Position numbers and translations under genes: made by a program
Shown: positions 1 through 13,891 of the stretch, one piece after another
Layout of the letters: every line of letters starts with the position of its first letter
Position numbering within the stretch: the first letter of the stretch is position 1
Assembly (NCBI GenBank): GCA_038087875.1
Contig: CM075998.1
Coordinates: 2,730,001-2,794,000 of the forward strand
Source: Malacoraja senta
Taxonomy: Eukaryota
Direction of reading: 5' to 3'
Length of the DNA: 64,000 nucleotides
Notes under the pieces: model-generated
Told to the model about the DNA's origin: nothing
Database searches by the model: none
What the model saw: the letters and a program-made list of their open reading frames with translations, nothing else

Positions 1-372
1 CCTTCTTCAGACTCCAATTTCTACACTCAACTTCCGAGATGTGGGTTCAAGTCCCGCACCAGAGAGCGGAGAACAACTGTAAGGATTGGCACCGAGAGGA
101 TGTTGTGGTGTGAGAGTGTATACATGGAGCGTATACATAGAGAGTGAAAGTGTATACATCGAGTGTATTGGACACTAGGCTGACATCGGTTGTGGGCGTA
201 AATGAACGATTAGGATTAATACATCCTAGTCCATATAAATACTCATTTATCATTGATGGTTGCAAAACCTTCCTGTGCGCCAGCCGGCCTCATTGCTTTC
301 CACCTTACACAGAGGAACTGTGCTGTTTGTTGGAGCTACGAGGAAATGCAGGTGCTGGAATCTTGAGCAAAA

Positions 373-900
373 CACAAAATGCTGGAGTAACTCAGCGGGT
401 CAGGCAGCATCTGTGGAGAACATGGATATGTGACGTTTCACAGAGTGCTGGAGTAACTCAGCGGGTCAGGCAGCATCTGTGGAGAACATGGATAGGTGAC
501 GTTTCACAGAGTGCTGGAGTAACTCAGCGGGTCAGGCAGCATCTATGGGGAACATGGATAGGTGACGTTTCACAGAGTGCTGGAGTAACTCAGCGGGTCA
601 GGCAGCATCTGTGGAGAACATGGATAGGTGACGTTTCACAGAGTGCTGGAGTAACTCAGCGGGTCAGGCAGCATCTGTGGAGAACATGGATAGGTGACGT
701 TTCACAGAGTGCTGGAGTAACTCAGCGGGTCAGGCAGCATCTGTGGAGAACATGGATAGGTGACCTTTCACAGAGTGCTGGAGTAACTCAGCGGGTCAGG
801 CAGCATCTGTGGAGAACATGGATAGGTGACGTTTCACAGAGTGCTGGAGTAACTCAGCGGGTCAGGCAGCATCTGTGGGGAACATGGATAGGTAATGCTT
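373..900 (+). repeat. 66-bp tandem array (8 units) derived from the Penelope-related short element
   Basis: Unit cacagagtgctggagtaactcagcgggtcaggcagcatctgtggagaacatggataggtgacgttt starts at 373, 439, 505 ... 835. It is embedded in a copy of the dispersed element (~342-1049). Confidence 0.95.
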
Positions 901-1728
901 CGGGCCAGGACCCTTCTTCAGACTCAGCGGGTCAGGCAGCATCTGTGGAGGGAAGGGGGAGGCGACTTTTCGGGTTTGGGGCCCTTCTTCGGACAATCCA
1001 TTCCTCCCATAGATGCTGTCTGACCCGCTGAGTTACTCCAGCACTGTGTACACTATTGGTCCTAACCTGAAAAAAACTGCTATATAAATCAGGGCCCTTT
1101 TATTTTGCAAATTACATCGAGAAATTGTAACAGTTTCTTACTGATAAAGAGCCTGCGGGAGTTCGCGCAGAACATGTCTGAGCTAAAAAGTAAAGTGGAG
1201 GATGGATCTGCAGATGCTGGTTTAAATCGAAGATGGACAAAAGATAAAAATAAAAAGTAGAACTCTCGTTTGAAGCGCGGTCTGCAATATAACCCAGCGT
1301 GGAAAGACTCCTTCCTGAATGGTTCACGGTGCCATTGATCGTCAACCAGGGAAAACGGCTGCCAGTCCAAATCTTGTCCAAATGGCCGATCACGGAACAA
1401 AACGTACTCGCATTCTTTCCAACAGCAGATGCCAAAGCCGACATTCTAAAGGATTGCTTTTAACCTACTGCAAAAGCTAAAAGAACCTCGCGCCTTGGAG
1501 ATATATATTAAAATGGCCTTTTTGTTCTGACTGACGTACACTATGCCTCGTCTTCAACTTATTCCATTGTCCACATCCCATTCCCCCGTCCCTCTCGCCC
1601 ATACAGCTATTGCCCGCACCTTCCTCCAACTGGCTGCCTGTCCCGTCGCGGCCCGTTTGTTTCTGTCGCTTGCATGTAGTTCCAACGAGCGGCCAGTCTG
1701 GGTTATGTCCCCCGTTCGGTCGCGTTTG

Positions 1729-2430
<702 letters not shown>

Positions 2431-2445
2431 GGCCGGGATCTCTAC

Positions 2446-2663
2446 CTTGCTGGAGGAGTTTCCCGAAGTGCTTGTGGACGGTGCAGTTCCATCTGCGGAA
2501 TCGGAACTGGTACTGGCACTCCCTGATGCCGTGCCGGACCCCCTTCGCCACCTCGCTCACGATCTGCGGTTCGGTCTGGCACAGTTCGGCCTGCTTGCCA
2601 GGCAAGCGCCTTGTCTTCCTGCAGATCCTATTGGGGTCCATTACGAGTGGGCTCCCCACAGCC
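2446..2663 (-). CDS. wnt6: Wnt6-family protein, coding exon 2
   Basis: Translates (W)AVGSPLVMDPNRICRKTRRLPGKQAELCQTEPQIVSEVAKGVRHGIRECQYQFRFRRWNCTVHKHFGKLLQQ, the diagnostic Wnt6 N-terminal segment. Acceptor ttgtag, donor gtaga; 218 nt; phase fits exon 1. Whether it is the canonical wnt6 or a paralog is unresolved. Confidence 0.93.
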
Positions 2664-3461
2664 CTACAACACGAAATTAAGAGCAAAAACACACAGGGGC
2701 AATGTTTTTAATATGCATTCCCGTAAAGTACCAACAACACCTTGTGCCCTACCCACCCCACCGCCTTCTTCAGTCACCCCCCCTAAATAAACAGATACGT
2801 TTAGCCAGACTTTTGCAGATTTGGGATTCTAGTCAAACTGAGAGACGTTTGGATGCAGTTCTGTTTGAAAGTCGTATTTGAAAGGGGGACCAGCGAATGT
2901 GCAAACCAGCAAATCCCATTAAGAGCGCGAAGTGTCTGGAGGGACTCAGCGGGACAGGCAGCATCTCTGGAGAGAAGAGGAATAGGTGACGTTTCGGGTC
3001 GAGACCCTCCAGACGCCGCCTGTCCATTCCCTCCACAGATGCTGCCTGACCCGCTGGATTTCCTCCAGCACTCTTGCGTTTTCCTCAACAATCCAGCACT
3101 TGCAGTTCCTTGTGTCTCTACTAAAGAAGGAGGCTAGGGAGGGGCGTTTTCGTGAGCGAGTCTTCTCGGAGTCACTTCAAGGTAAAGTCTGAGATGATCC
3201 CGGCTGCAGGTGCCACTCGTGAACATATTGAGGGACAGAGAGAGTTGTCAGCGCAGCGATCGCTCCCTGACTCGCGAACTGGCCCCGCTCGCACTCTCCC
3301 TCTCCCTCTCCCCGGCATGTCTCTCTCGAGAATTCTTTATCACATATCCTCCTCCCAGTTCAGATATCAACAACCCCCGCTTCACCACCGACCCCAGACA
3401 ATACCACCCGAAGCTCCCCTCCCCTCCTATCCAACCGAGATATCACAGGCGACCGACTTAC

Positions 3462-3538
3462 CACCACAGACTGATGATGTTCGCGGGACATAAAAGAAAG
3501 AAGAAAAATCCAAGCTGAGCTCCGGCAAAAGGCACCAT
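3462..3538 (-). CDS. wnt6: Wnt6-family protein, coding exon 1 (signal peptide)
   Basis: ATG at 3538 gives MVPFAGAQLGFFFFLLCPANIISLW+TG, then donor gtaagtc. It splices in frame to exon 2 to give LWWAVGSP. The hydrophobic signal peptide has the LLCPANII.LWW pattern of vertebrate Wnt6. Confidence 0.92.
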
Positions 3539-3759
3539 CTCCGCGTCTCTCCAGCACAGACTGAATCCAGCAATCGGCCCACGCCAACCCTCTCCCTTCC
3601 TCGTCTCTCTCTCTATTTCCCAATTATCTCTCCCTCACTTTCTCTCCCTCGCAACCCTCTCTCCCTTCCCTTCACACTCTCACACACACAGAGCTCTCTT
3701 GTTCCGCTCTGGTCACTCGCGGGCCCCGTCTCCGGCAGAATGGGGAGGTGGGCTTTATC

Positions 3760-4620
<861 letters not shown>

Positions 4621-6868
4621 ATATATTTATATATATAATTTCCTCTCACCCCCCCCCCCACCCCACCCCTCCCGTGTACGGACAAGCGAAGGTCAGCTCC
4701 GTGAGACTAAACCTCTTCGTCACTCGCCCAGCCCCATCCTCTGAAGCTCTTAACCTAAACGGGTTCAGTCTCCTGTTGGTCTGCTTGGACTGAGAGCGAA
4801 TGAGTTACGAAACGGAGACAATGAAGATTGGAGACAACAGCGCCAATGTTTGTATCTCACGCCCAAGGAGTTGGAAGCGAGACGTTTACTGGCGAAGTCA
4901 GTAACCGGGGTAAGAGGGTCAGACTCTGGAGTCATAGAGGCATACGGCGTGGAAACAGGCCATTCAGCCCAACCTGTCCACACCGACCAAACATGTCCCA
5001 TCTAAACTAGTCACACCTACCTGTGTTTGGCAGGCTTCTGGAGCTGGAAATGTCTGGACCTGATACCTTACACACACACACACACACGTGTACACAAACT
5101 GAATGAACACACTCAATATAATATACAGTATCTGTGTATGAAGGAACTGCAGATGCTGGTTTAAATCGAAGATAGACCCAAAATGCTGGAGTAACACAGC
5201 AGGACAGGCAGAATCTCTGGAAAGAGGAGTGCCTTTCGGGTCTGAAGAAGGGTCTCGACCAGAAACGTCACACATCCCTTCTCTCCAGAGATGCTGCCTG
5301 CCCCCCCTGAGTTACTCCAGCATCTTCAGAATATACATTACACATACATATTGTATATGCGCGCACTATACATTGAAACATAGAAACATAGAAAATCGGT
5401 GCAGGAGGAGGCCATTCGGCCCTTCGAGCCAGCACCACCATTCATTGTGATCATGGCTGATCGTCCGCAATCAATAACCCATATATATACACTATATACA
5501 CAGATCACACACACTATTAACACTCTCCATTCACATATATGCACTATACTACACATACTCACGTTACACACACTGCACACGCATTGCAAGCACTATACAC
5601 ACATATGCACATATTACGTTCACACTTCTATGATACATATACGCATTGTACCGATAAACATCGTATACAACCTCGCCACACACACATACTATAAATATTG
5701 TACACGCACATTATTTACTCGTATATGTATATTACCATATGCACACTACACACACACAGTAAAACACAGGTGCAAATTATGCACAGTTACTACCCAACAC
5801 ACACATACCAAGAAAAATAGTTTTCAAATGAAACAATTTTTGTTCATTACATCTAACGAGACGCAAGCTGGGTCTGTTTCCTCGTGAAAACAAATGCTGA
5901 GTGAGAGATCTTTAAATGGTGGAAGTTTTGTTAGAATGGGGAGAGATGGGGAGCATTCACTTTGGGGATAATCCCAACTTGAGTGTCGTGACTAATAGAG
6001 TCAAATATCGAATTATATGGAGCACGCTCCATTTGAGCAGAAATGTACTGGTCGGGCCGAATGGGAGAGTTTCGGACCAGAGGTCATAGCCTCGGAATTA
6101 AAGGACGTTCCTTTAGGAAGCTGATGTGGGGGGATTTCTATAGCCAGAGGGTGGTGAATCTGTAGAAACCATTGCCAGAGAAGGCTGTGGAGGCTACGTC
6201 AATATATATATATTTTAAGGCAGAGACAGATAGATAGATTCTGATCAGTACGCAAGGGGTTATGGGGAGAAAGTAGGAGAATGAGGTTAGGAGGGATATA
6301 TAGATCAGCCATGATTGAATGTGGAGTAGACTTGGGCCGAATGGCCTAATACTGCTCCTATCACTAAATAATGTCCTATCACCACACGGTATTTTCGACG
6401 GACACGCGGACGACAACCAACGTTATGAAATGGGCTTCGGTGATAAAAATCCAGGGGTTAAGTTTAAGTGAGACACCGAGTGAGGAGGGGGGGGGGTGCG
6501 TGGGGTGAGTTCGGGGCAAAGGGTGCGGAACGAGCATCGCAGATTAACTCTCGTTAGCAATATACAGAGATACAGGAGTACCAACTAGGGGTTTGATCCA
6601 AGGATAATCTGCCCCTCCCACTTCAGTTGAAGTGAACTCTGTCCATTGACATTGAGCGAATGCGTTGATAAAATGGGGAAGGCAGTAAGGGTTGAAAATA
6701 GATTCCAGCGCTCACCTCTTCATCCTACGTTATATTAGTGAAGCATAAATAAGCCATGCCAAAAATAGATATATCTACACAAATATCTATACATATAGAT
6801 CAATAGACTGGACAACCAGGTATAGACATGGCCTATTTACAAATCCCAACACCTACTGTTATAGACAA

Positions 6869-7405
6869 CAGTGTGAGGCCCAGCACAAATTGGAGGAACA
6901 CCACCTCATATTTCACTTGGGCAGCTTACAACCCAGCGGTATGAAATTTGATTTCTCTAACTTCAAGTAACCCTTGCATTCCCTCTCTATTCACCCCCAA
7001 CCCCCACCCAAGTTGTATCAGCCTCAAAGTCGTCTTGTTGAGTCTCATGTGTAGGAAGCAACTGGTTTAAACCGAAGATAAATACAAATGCTGGAGTAAC
7101 TCAGCGGGACTGGCAGCATCTCTCGAGCGAAGGAATTGGGTGACGGTTCGGGTCGAGACCCTTCTCATTGTCTGTAACTGGTTTTCACCTAGCCACCAGC
7201 TAACAATGGCCCGTTTCCTTTATCGTCGTTACTTTTCTTGCATATCTTTCATTCATTTATTCTATATCTCTCCACATCACCGTCTACATCATTCGTTTCC
7301 CTCTCCCCCGACTCTCAGTCTGAAGAAGGGTCTCGACCCGAAACGTTCTCTCCAGAGATGCTGCCTGTCCCGCTGAGTTACTCCAGCATTTTGTGTCTAC
7401 CTTCA
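6869..7405 (+). mobile_element. 5'-truncated Penelope-like retroelement: GIY-YIG endonuclease C-terminus plus 3' terminal region with hammerhead-like motif
   Basis: 6869-6970 reads QCEAQHKLEEHHLIFHLGSLQPSGMKFDFSNFK*, resembling the E..LI..L..L.P.G.N end of PLE GIY-YIG domains. Motif ctgaagaagggtctcgacccgaaacg at 7320. Flanking direct repeat gttatagacaa at 6858-6868 and 7406-7416. Confidence 0.75.
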
Positions 7406-7444
7406 GTTATAGACAATATACAATCAGTTATAGACACATGCGTT

Positions 7445-7512
7445 TATACATATATATATATATAATATTTCCTATTTATATATATTTATATAGGAAATAT
7501 ATATATAGGAAT

Positions 7513-7566
<54 letters not shown>

Positions 7567-7625
7567 GCATGTGTTTATACATATATAATATATATATATC
7601 ATGATATATATATGATATATATACG
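7445..7625. repeat. (TA)n microsatellite
   Basis: Directly visible. Confidence 0.95.
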
Positions 7626-10600
7626 CACATATCGTTATAGACAAATAGTTATAGACAAGCAATTATAGACACAATCGATGCATACATATCCCAACTCATA
7701 CAGACACGTACATAGGTATGTACGATTTCGTTTACGTATGACAATATATATATTTACCATCTACATATCTGCTTAAATACCGGATACAACGTTCACCCTA
7801 CGTGCAGATATGCTCTATCTCGCTATTCAATCGCGTGGGGAGATGTAACATCAGAATTAATTTTTTGTTATGTCTTCACAACTGAATTTAATTCCATCCA
7901 TATTTAAGACCGTTTTTAAACAAGCTTGAGCCTCGAATCTTTAAAGGCTGGAGCAACACAAAAGGGCTCCGTAAATGGATTGGATGGTAATCCGTTTATT
8001 TGCATGATTGAGCCGAGGGAAACGGCCGAGCCCTTTCAGATTGTTGTTGGTTTTTTGTAAAAAAAAAAAGACCTGAGAAAGAGATTCAGAGAAAAAACTG
8101 AAAGCAGTGAACGATTGCAAAGTCCGGCTTGGCGGTGTTCCCTTCCCAAGCAATAATCTAAAATTCCTCGTTGCAGTTCACTTCCACCCATGTTACCACG
8201 CACATCACACAAAGCACAGTCTCTAACAGAGTGGAAGGTCTTGCGTGTTGGCTGCAAGCTATAACACTGTCTTCCCAGACACTCTCGTTTGCTTTTACCG
8301 TAAACAAACCGATCCATCAATTGCTGAAGGAAGGAACTGCAGGATGCTGGTTTACACCGAAGATAGACACAAAATGCTGGAGTAACTCAGCTGGACAGGC
8401 AGCATCTCGGGAGAGAAGGAATGGGTGAAGTTTCGGGTCGAGACTCTTCTTCAGACTGGGCGTCAGGGGAGAGGGAGACACAGAGATAAGGAAGGATCAG
8501 GTGTGAATTCTAGACATCAAAGGGGATGAGCGAAAATGTAGAATAGATAATTGTTAGCGAGGAGAAGGTAACAACGAAGCATACAGTGATAAAATGTAAT
8601 CGGGGGACAGTCAGACCGGTCGGAGAACTAAGAAGGGGTTGGGATATCCACTCATTAATTGTTCCCGGGCAGGTGGGTACCATTGGGAGGATGCAGTGCG
8701 GGGTATATGACGGTAATCAGTAAAGATGATTGCAAATGAACGTTCCAATCATCACCTATCAAAGTCTTCATGAAGCGAGGATAGAGAAGGGTCCCATGTA
8801 AGACGACCCATCAGCAATTATAGTCCATGTTACAAGCGTTCACATGAGAAGAATTTCGGTTGAAATTTCAACAGAATAGCCTGTCCGTGGTGGCGGGAGT
8901 ACTCAATATACTACCAAAGTAACATTGCAGATATAGCGTCAGGCGCCTAAACCTAATGGCTTACAAAGAGCGAGGAGCACAAATGGCCAATATCATAAAT
9001 GAGCCCGAGAACACACGCTCCTCACCGTTGTGAAGATGCTTCACTGTTTTGTTATCGATCCGCTATTTTACTTTAAACTGCGTTTAAATGACCTGCTGGT
9101 TCACCATTTAACCATCATGACACTGTGTAGACAGCGGGGGGAGTTTTGATCGCAAATTCACAAAAATGCCCCCTTAATTGCACGCACAACATCGTCCATT
9201 CCAGTTTGTTTCAGGTAACGAATGAAAATACTTTTACAAAGTTGCTTTGAATTAACCGCCGTACCAGTTGATCATCAGGTGTGAAATGGAAAGCTATAGA
9301 AGTGGATACACTTGTGATTTGTAAAATATATTTGAACAGATGAGTGGATAGGACGGGTTTAGAGGGCTATGGGGTAAATGGGACGAGCTCAATATTCCAA
9401 CTTGCTCGACATGGGCAAGATGGGCCGAAGAGCCTGTTTCTGTGTTGAAACGCTCGTCCATAAACGACCAACTCTTCTTGCAAAGGAATATTGCAGAATT
9501 CACTGACAGATAAAATATTGTTTTCAATGATTGCACGCGAATCTTGCATTAAAGCAATTCGACTGAACAGTCTCATATGGAGAAGGCATAAAATAATTAT
9601 AAAATCACTTCTAAAATAATTTGTTTCTTTGACCTTTGATTTTGTTAACTTGTCGGAGTCTGACGTAGGGTCCCAAGTCGAAACGTCGTCTGTCCATTCC
9701 CTCCACAGATGTTGCCTGAACCGCTGGGTCACTCCAGCAATTTGTGTTTTACCCAAGATACCAGCACCTGCAGTCTCTTGTGTTTCCATATAAATACTGT
9801 ATGTCGATTCTGTGAAGACCTGGCCTGTTTTAACTCCTCGACCTGCTGAGTGCAGTGCCAAGGGTGTAGACGCTGGTGAATAAGAGACTTTGGCGAAGTA
9901 GTAACAAGATGAAACTTTATACTTAAAAAACACTAGGCCTAAAAACGCATAACTTTTTTTGTTTAGTGAGTTAGTTTGATGAGAGTCCGAGATACTCTGG
10001 TTCATATTATTCTGTTCTTTCTCGATTCAACATGAGTTGCTCTGAATTATAATCCATTGCATATGCTTAACTAAAACTAGTATTGAGTCGTAGAGTTATA
10101 TAGCATGGAAACATCCATGAGTGTGAGATCTAAAAAAATGTATTGCCTGCCCAGTGACGGGGTTAAGGCCATCTTCTCGGGGATGGAGGGGAGCTAGACA
10201 ATAGACAATAGACAATAGACAATAGGAGGAAGGAGGGAGATTAAATGGCCTTGACCTGAAGCGTTAGGGTCAGGCTTCATGTGGAGTTTTCCCTGGTGTG
10301 GGTGCAGTGGGACTGTCGCTGCAGCCAAGCCATTCTACAGATGGCATACACCACAGCCATCTTGTGCGGGTAGTGGCGGGGGTGGGGGTGATTACTTGAT
10401 GGGTACCAATTAACCACACGACTTTGATCTAGATCTGTTGAATGTTCATCCATGCAAGTGCAATGTATTCTAAGGCACCTCTCACTGTCCCACAATGTGG
10501 ACACAGGTCATTACATTTAGTGTGTCTACACTGACCAGCAAGCACCCATCAGAACATTTTTTCCAACTCACGGCGCCATCAGCTCTGCTGCACCAGGGGC

Positions 10601-10685
10601 AATTTACAGCAGCCAATTAACCTACCAACCCCAATGTCCTTGGGATGTGGGAGTGCAGTGAATCCCACACTTCGCAAGGGTAAGG

Positions 10686-11085
10686 AATAGCATAGCGCAG
10701 GAACAGGGCCTTTGGCTCACAATGTCCTTGCTGAATATGATGTCGACTTAAACTAATCACCTTTTCCTGCACATGATCCATATCCTTCCATCCCCTGCAT
10801 ATCCATGTGCCAATCTAAAAGCCTCTATTGTATCTGCCAGTGTGTTCCAGGCACCCTCCACCCTCTCTGTAAACAACATGCCCTTTTCACCTTAAAGCTA
10901 TGTCCTCTAGTCTTTGACATCCCCACCCTGAGAAAAAGGTTCTGACTGTCTACCCGATCTATGCCTCTCATACTTTTATACACTTCCATCAGGTCTCCCC
11001 TCAGCCTCTGATGTTCCAGAGAAAACAATCCAAGTCTGTCCAAACACTGCTTATAGCTCACACCCTCTAATCCTGGCAACATTCT
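10686..11085 (-). mobile_element. CR1-clade LINE 3' fragment
   Basis: ORF 10825-11127 contains LDRLGLFSLEHQRLRGDLMEVYKSMRGIDRVD...KTRGHSFKV, typical of the CR1 ORF2 C-terminus. Confidence 0.85.
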
Positions 11086-11169
11086 GGAATCTGAAGAAGG
11101 GTCCCGACCCGAAATGTCACCTATCAATGTTCTCTAGAGATGCTGCCTGATACGCTGCGTTACACCAGC

Positions 11170-11400
11170 ACCCTGTGGCACACAGCAGGATACCCCAGCC
11201 TCTAACCTGCATTCATAGCCACCATATTCATGTGCTTCATCCACTTAAGTTTCTGGTCAATGGCGATCCCAGGACGTTGATGGCGAGGAACTTGGCGATG
11301 ATGATAACACTGAATGTTAAGGACATATGGCTGAACTCTCTGTCGTTGGAGATGGCCATTGCATGGCACTTGGATGGCGAGAACGCGAGTTGCCAATTAG
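11170..11400 (-). mobile_element. Old L2/Crack-like LINE RT/thumb fragment
   Basis: WQLAFSPSKCHAMAISN...INVLG and, in another frame, GIAIDQKLKWMKHMNMVA resemble the post-RT W...F...KC...LGV.ID.KL.W..H region of non-LTR elements. Frameshifted. Confidence 0.6.
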
Positions 11401-11853
11401 TAGTGAAATAACTTATTCTTGGGAACCGTTCAACTGGAATTTGATGCAAGACTTTATTACATAAAATACTAGAAGTTCTTAGCAGCTCAGGCAGCATCTG
11501 TGACGCCAGACAGAGTTAATGTTCGATGATCTTGCAGCAGTTCCCAATATGTTCTGTGTTTCGTTTCATCTGCTGCATAACGAATTTTGCGTCTTTATTA
11601 AATAACCTGTCCGTTTTCAGGGTTGCTCAGACGGGCCGAGAGCGCCACCCTGAGGTCAAATTCAACCCGGAACCAGGTCCAATGCAGATCCAATGCAAAC
11701 CAGGTCCAGATTCAACCTTGTTGCCACCCACTTCTTACTTGTTTTCAACTCGTTCTGCAGCAATAAATAACTGGGTACCGCTAATCTGAAAAAGTCGAGG
11801 GTTTGGCGAATATTGATGGTGCCATTTGTATTAAACAGAACGATAAATCGCAG

Positions 11854-12028
11854 ATTGACACAAAAAGCTGGAGTAACTCAGCGGGACAGGCAGCATCTCT
11901 GGAGAGAAGGGTCTCGATCCGAAACGTCACCCATTCCTTCTCTCCAGAGATGCCGCCTGTCCCGCTGAGTTACTCCAGCTTTTTGTGTCTATCTTCGGTT
12001 TTAACCAGTATCTGCAGTTCCTTCCGAC
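11854..12028. mobile_element. Palindromic Penelope-derived short element
   Basis: 54-bp arms at 11857-11910 and 11936-11989 are near-perfect reverse complements. Flanks acgataaatcgcag (11840-11853) and acgatagatcgcag (12029-12042) form a TSD-like pair. Confidence 0.8.
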
Positions 12029-13094
12029 ACGATAGATCGCAGCTTCTGTTTGTAAAGTGAACTGCTCCCCAATTTTGTCAATTCCAACCCATTTTAGCAT
12101 CGGTTCAGTGTCGAACACATTTTAATGTATTATTGAATAATATCGGGTACCTTATCGGGGAACCATCTTCACAATCTGACACCTGAACGTCTCGGTAAAC
12201 ACTCAATTCGTTGTTGTTTTTTTCTGGCTGTGGGAGGGGGACGAGTTAAGGAGAAATGATAACGATGAAAGATGGAAGGATTTGATATCTACTGTTTAAA
12301 AAATCTCTGCACTTTCATTGAACTTATCATAGCAATCTGTAACTTTAATTCAAATCCAAACGATCGACTTGAACTGGGAAAAGCAGAGAGAGAGATTATA
12401 AAATGGCTACTTTAAAAAAATCAAATATATCTGAAATGTTGAGACAGGGAACACAACATCTCAGTCGAAAATATATCGAGGGCAGCCACAGTAGAAGTCT
12501 CCTACGTGATAATATTTTGAATTTAACCGAGGGTGGCGTCCTTACATGTTTTATTTTTAATACTGTACATCCCAATGTTAGCCTGAAGGGAAGGCGAGCG
12601 AACTACCCTGACAGTGACAACTCGGACACACTCTTTACTTCCCAGCGATAGGAGAACGCGGAACCGCGGCAGAGGCGTCAGGATTCATTTAAATCTCGAG
12701 ATGTGGCGGCGATTGCCAACGAATGATAGTCGCAGTTTGAAAATGCTCTTGGTAAACAGTGGAGGAAGCGACACCAGAAGCGACCCCTTTGGCCGCGCAC
12801 CTTCTCGTTGTGCCCTGGTTATCTGAAGAGCAGATTTTAAATTTATACACATGTTGAAGAAACGTTTTGGCTCGCTGTGGGAATAAATGAGTCTGGCTGC
12901 CGCAGGATTGTTTCAGTTACATAGCTGTGCCTTGCTTGCCGCTGCCCGAAAGTTATTGAACAATAGGAGTGAAGTGGTCTTACATGGACATTAACCGTTT
13001 TAATCTGCTGTCTTTCAACTAATGGATGATGGACAGATTGGTGGAAAGCTCTTACGTCCCATCTCGCAGGCAATAGGGGAAAGAATGTGTCGCG

Positions 13095-13175
13095 ATTCCA
13101 CCATTGTTCCTCTAAACTCGGAGGCTGCCGACACTTTTTTTTTTAAACCTCTTCATACTAACTTATAAGCGCCAG
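13095..13175 (+). promoter_or_regulatory. Putative wnt1 core promoter (TATA-like TATAA at 13164; SOX-like CATTGTT at ~13102)
   Basis: Located ~200 bp upstream of the ATG in a CpG-enriched region. Motif match only. Confidence 0.45.
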
Positions 13176-13360
13176 GGCGTCCCAGTTATGAGGCGCCTGT
13201 GACCAGGTTGGAGAGAGCGCGCCAAAGTTACCTGTTCCCACATTTACGTCCGAAAACTTTGTTCTGTTTTTTTTCCGGAGGGGGAGGGGAACGGCAACTA
13301 AACTATCTGTACTATATAGATATGATATTTACTTTATGATCATTCCTAACAAACAGCATC

Positions 13361-13452
13361 ATGACAATAGTTCTGGGATTGAAGACGCTGTGGCTTCTGG
13401 CGCTCTCCTCACTTTCCCACACACTGGCAGTAAATAACAGTGGGAAATGGTG
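13361..13452 (+). CDS. wnt1: Wnt1 coding exon 1 (signal peptide)
   Basis: [30 protein letters not shown]+TG, then donor gtaagt. The AVNNSG.WW motif is characteristic of vertebrate Wnt1. Confidence 0.93.
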
Positions 13453-13637
13453 GTAAGTTTTGACTAATATTAGTCACCAGTTAAAAAAAGAGAGCGGCTC
13501 TTTAGCATGGTTGATGGGGGGGGGGGGGACAGGTGCGAATGTATTGTTTTAAATAACGCCGAGAAAATAAGCATTGAGGGCTGTTTACTTGCTTGGGACG
13601 TGGAGCTAATTCATTCTGTGTTTGGTTTATATTTCAG

Positions 13638-13891
13638 GGGTATTGTAAATATTGCGTCTTCCTCGAACCTGTTGACCGACTCGAAATATGTCCAACTGGT
13701 TTTGGATCCAAGCTTGCAGCTGCTGAGCAGAAAGCAGAGGAAACTGATCCGACAGAACCCGGGCATATTGCACAGCATCACAGGGGGGCTGCAGGGCGCC
13801 ATCAGGGAGTGCAAATGGCAGTTCCGCAGTCGACGCTGGAACTGCCCGACGTCCCAAACTCCCAACATCTTCGGCAAGATCGTCAATCGAG
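13638..13891 (+). CDS. wnt1: Wnt1 coding exon 2
   Basis: Acceptor tttcag; (W)[71 protein letters not shown]...FGKIVNR; donor gtaggc; 254 nt. Confidence 0.97.

Noticed and set aside
373..900. CRISPR-like appearance of regularly spaced repeats
   Set aside because: The units are contiguous with no unique spacers, the context is eukaryotic, and there are no cas genes.
144..1031. 295-aa ORF with 22-aa repeats (SAGVTQRVRQHLWRTWIGDVSQ)
   Set aside because: It is a by-product of a stop-free 66-bp tandem unit. The same unit occurs in both orientations elsewhere, and a stop arises in the 40-kb array.
11854..12028. Classifying the palindromic elements as DNA-transposon MITEs or miRNA genes
   Set aside because: Variable ends, long TSDs and linkage to a GIY-YIG-like remnant favour a Penelope-like origin; there is no evidence of miRNA processing.
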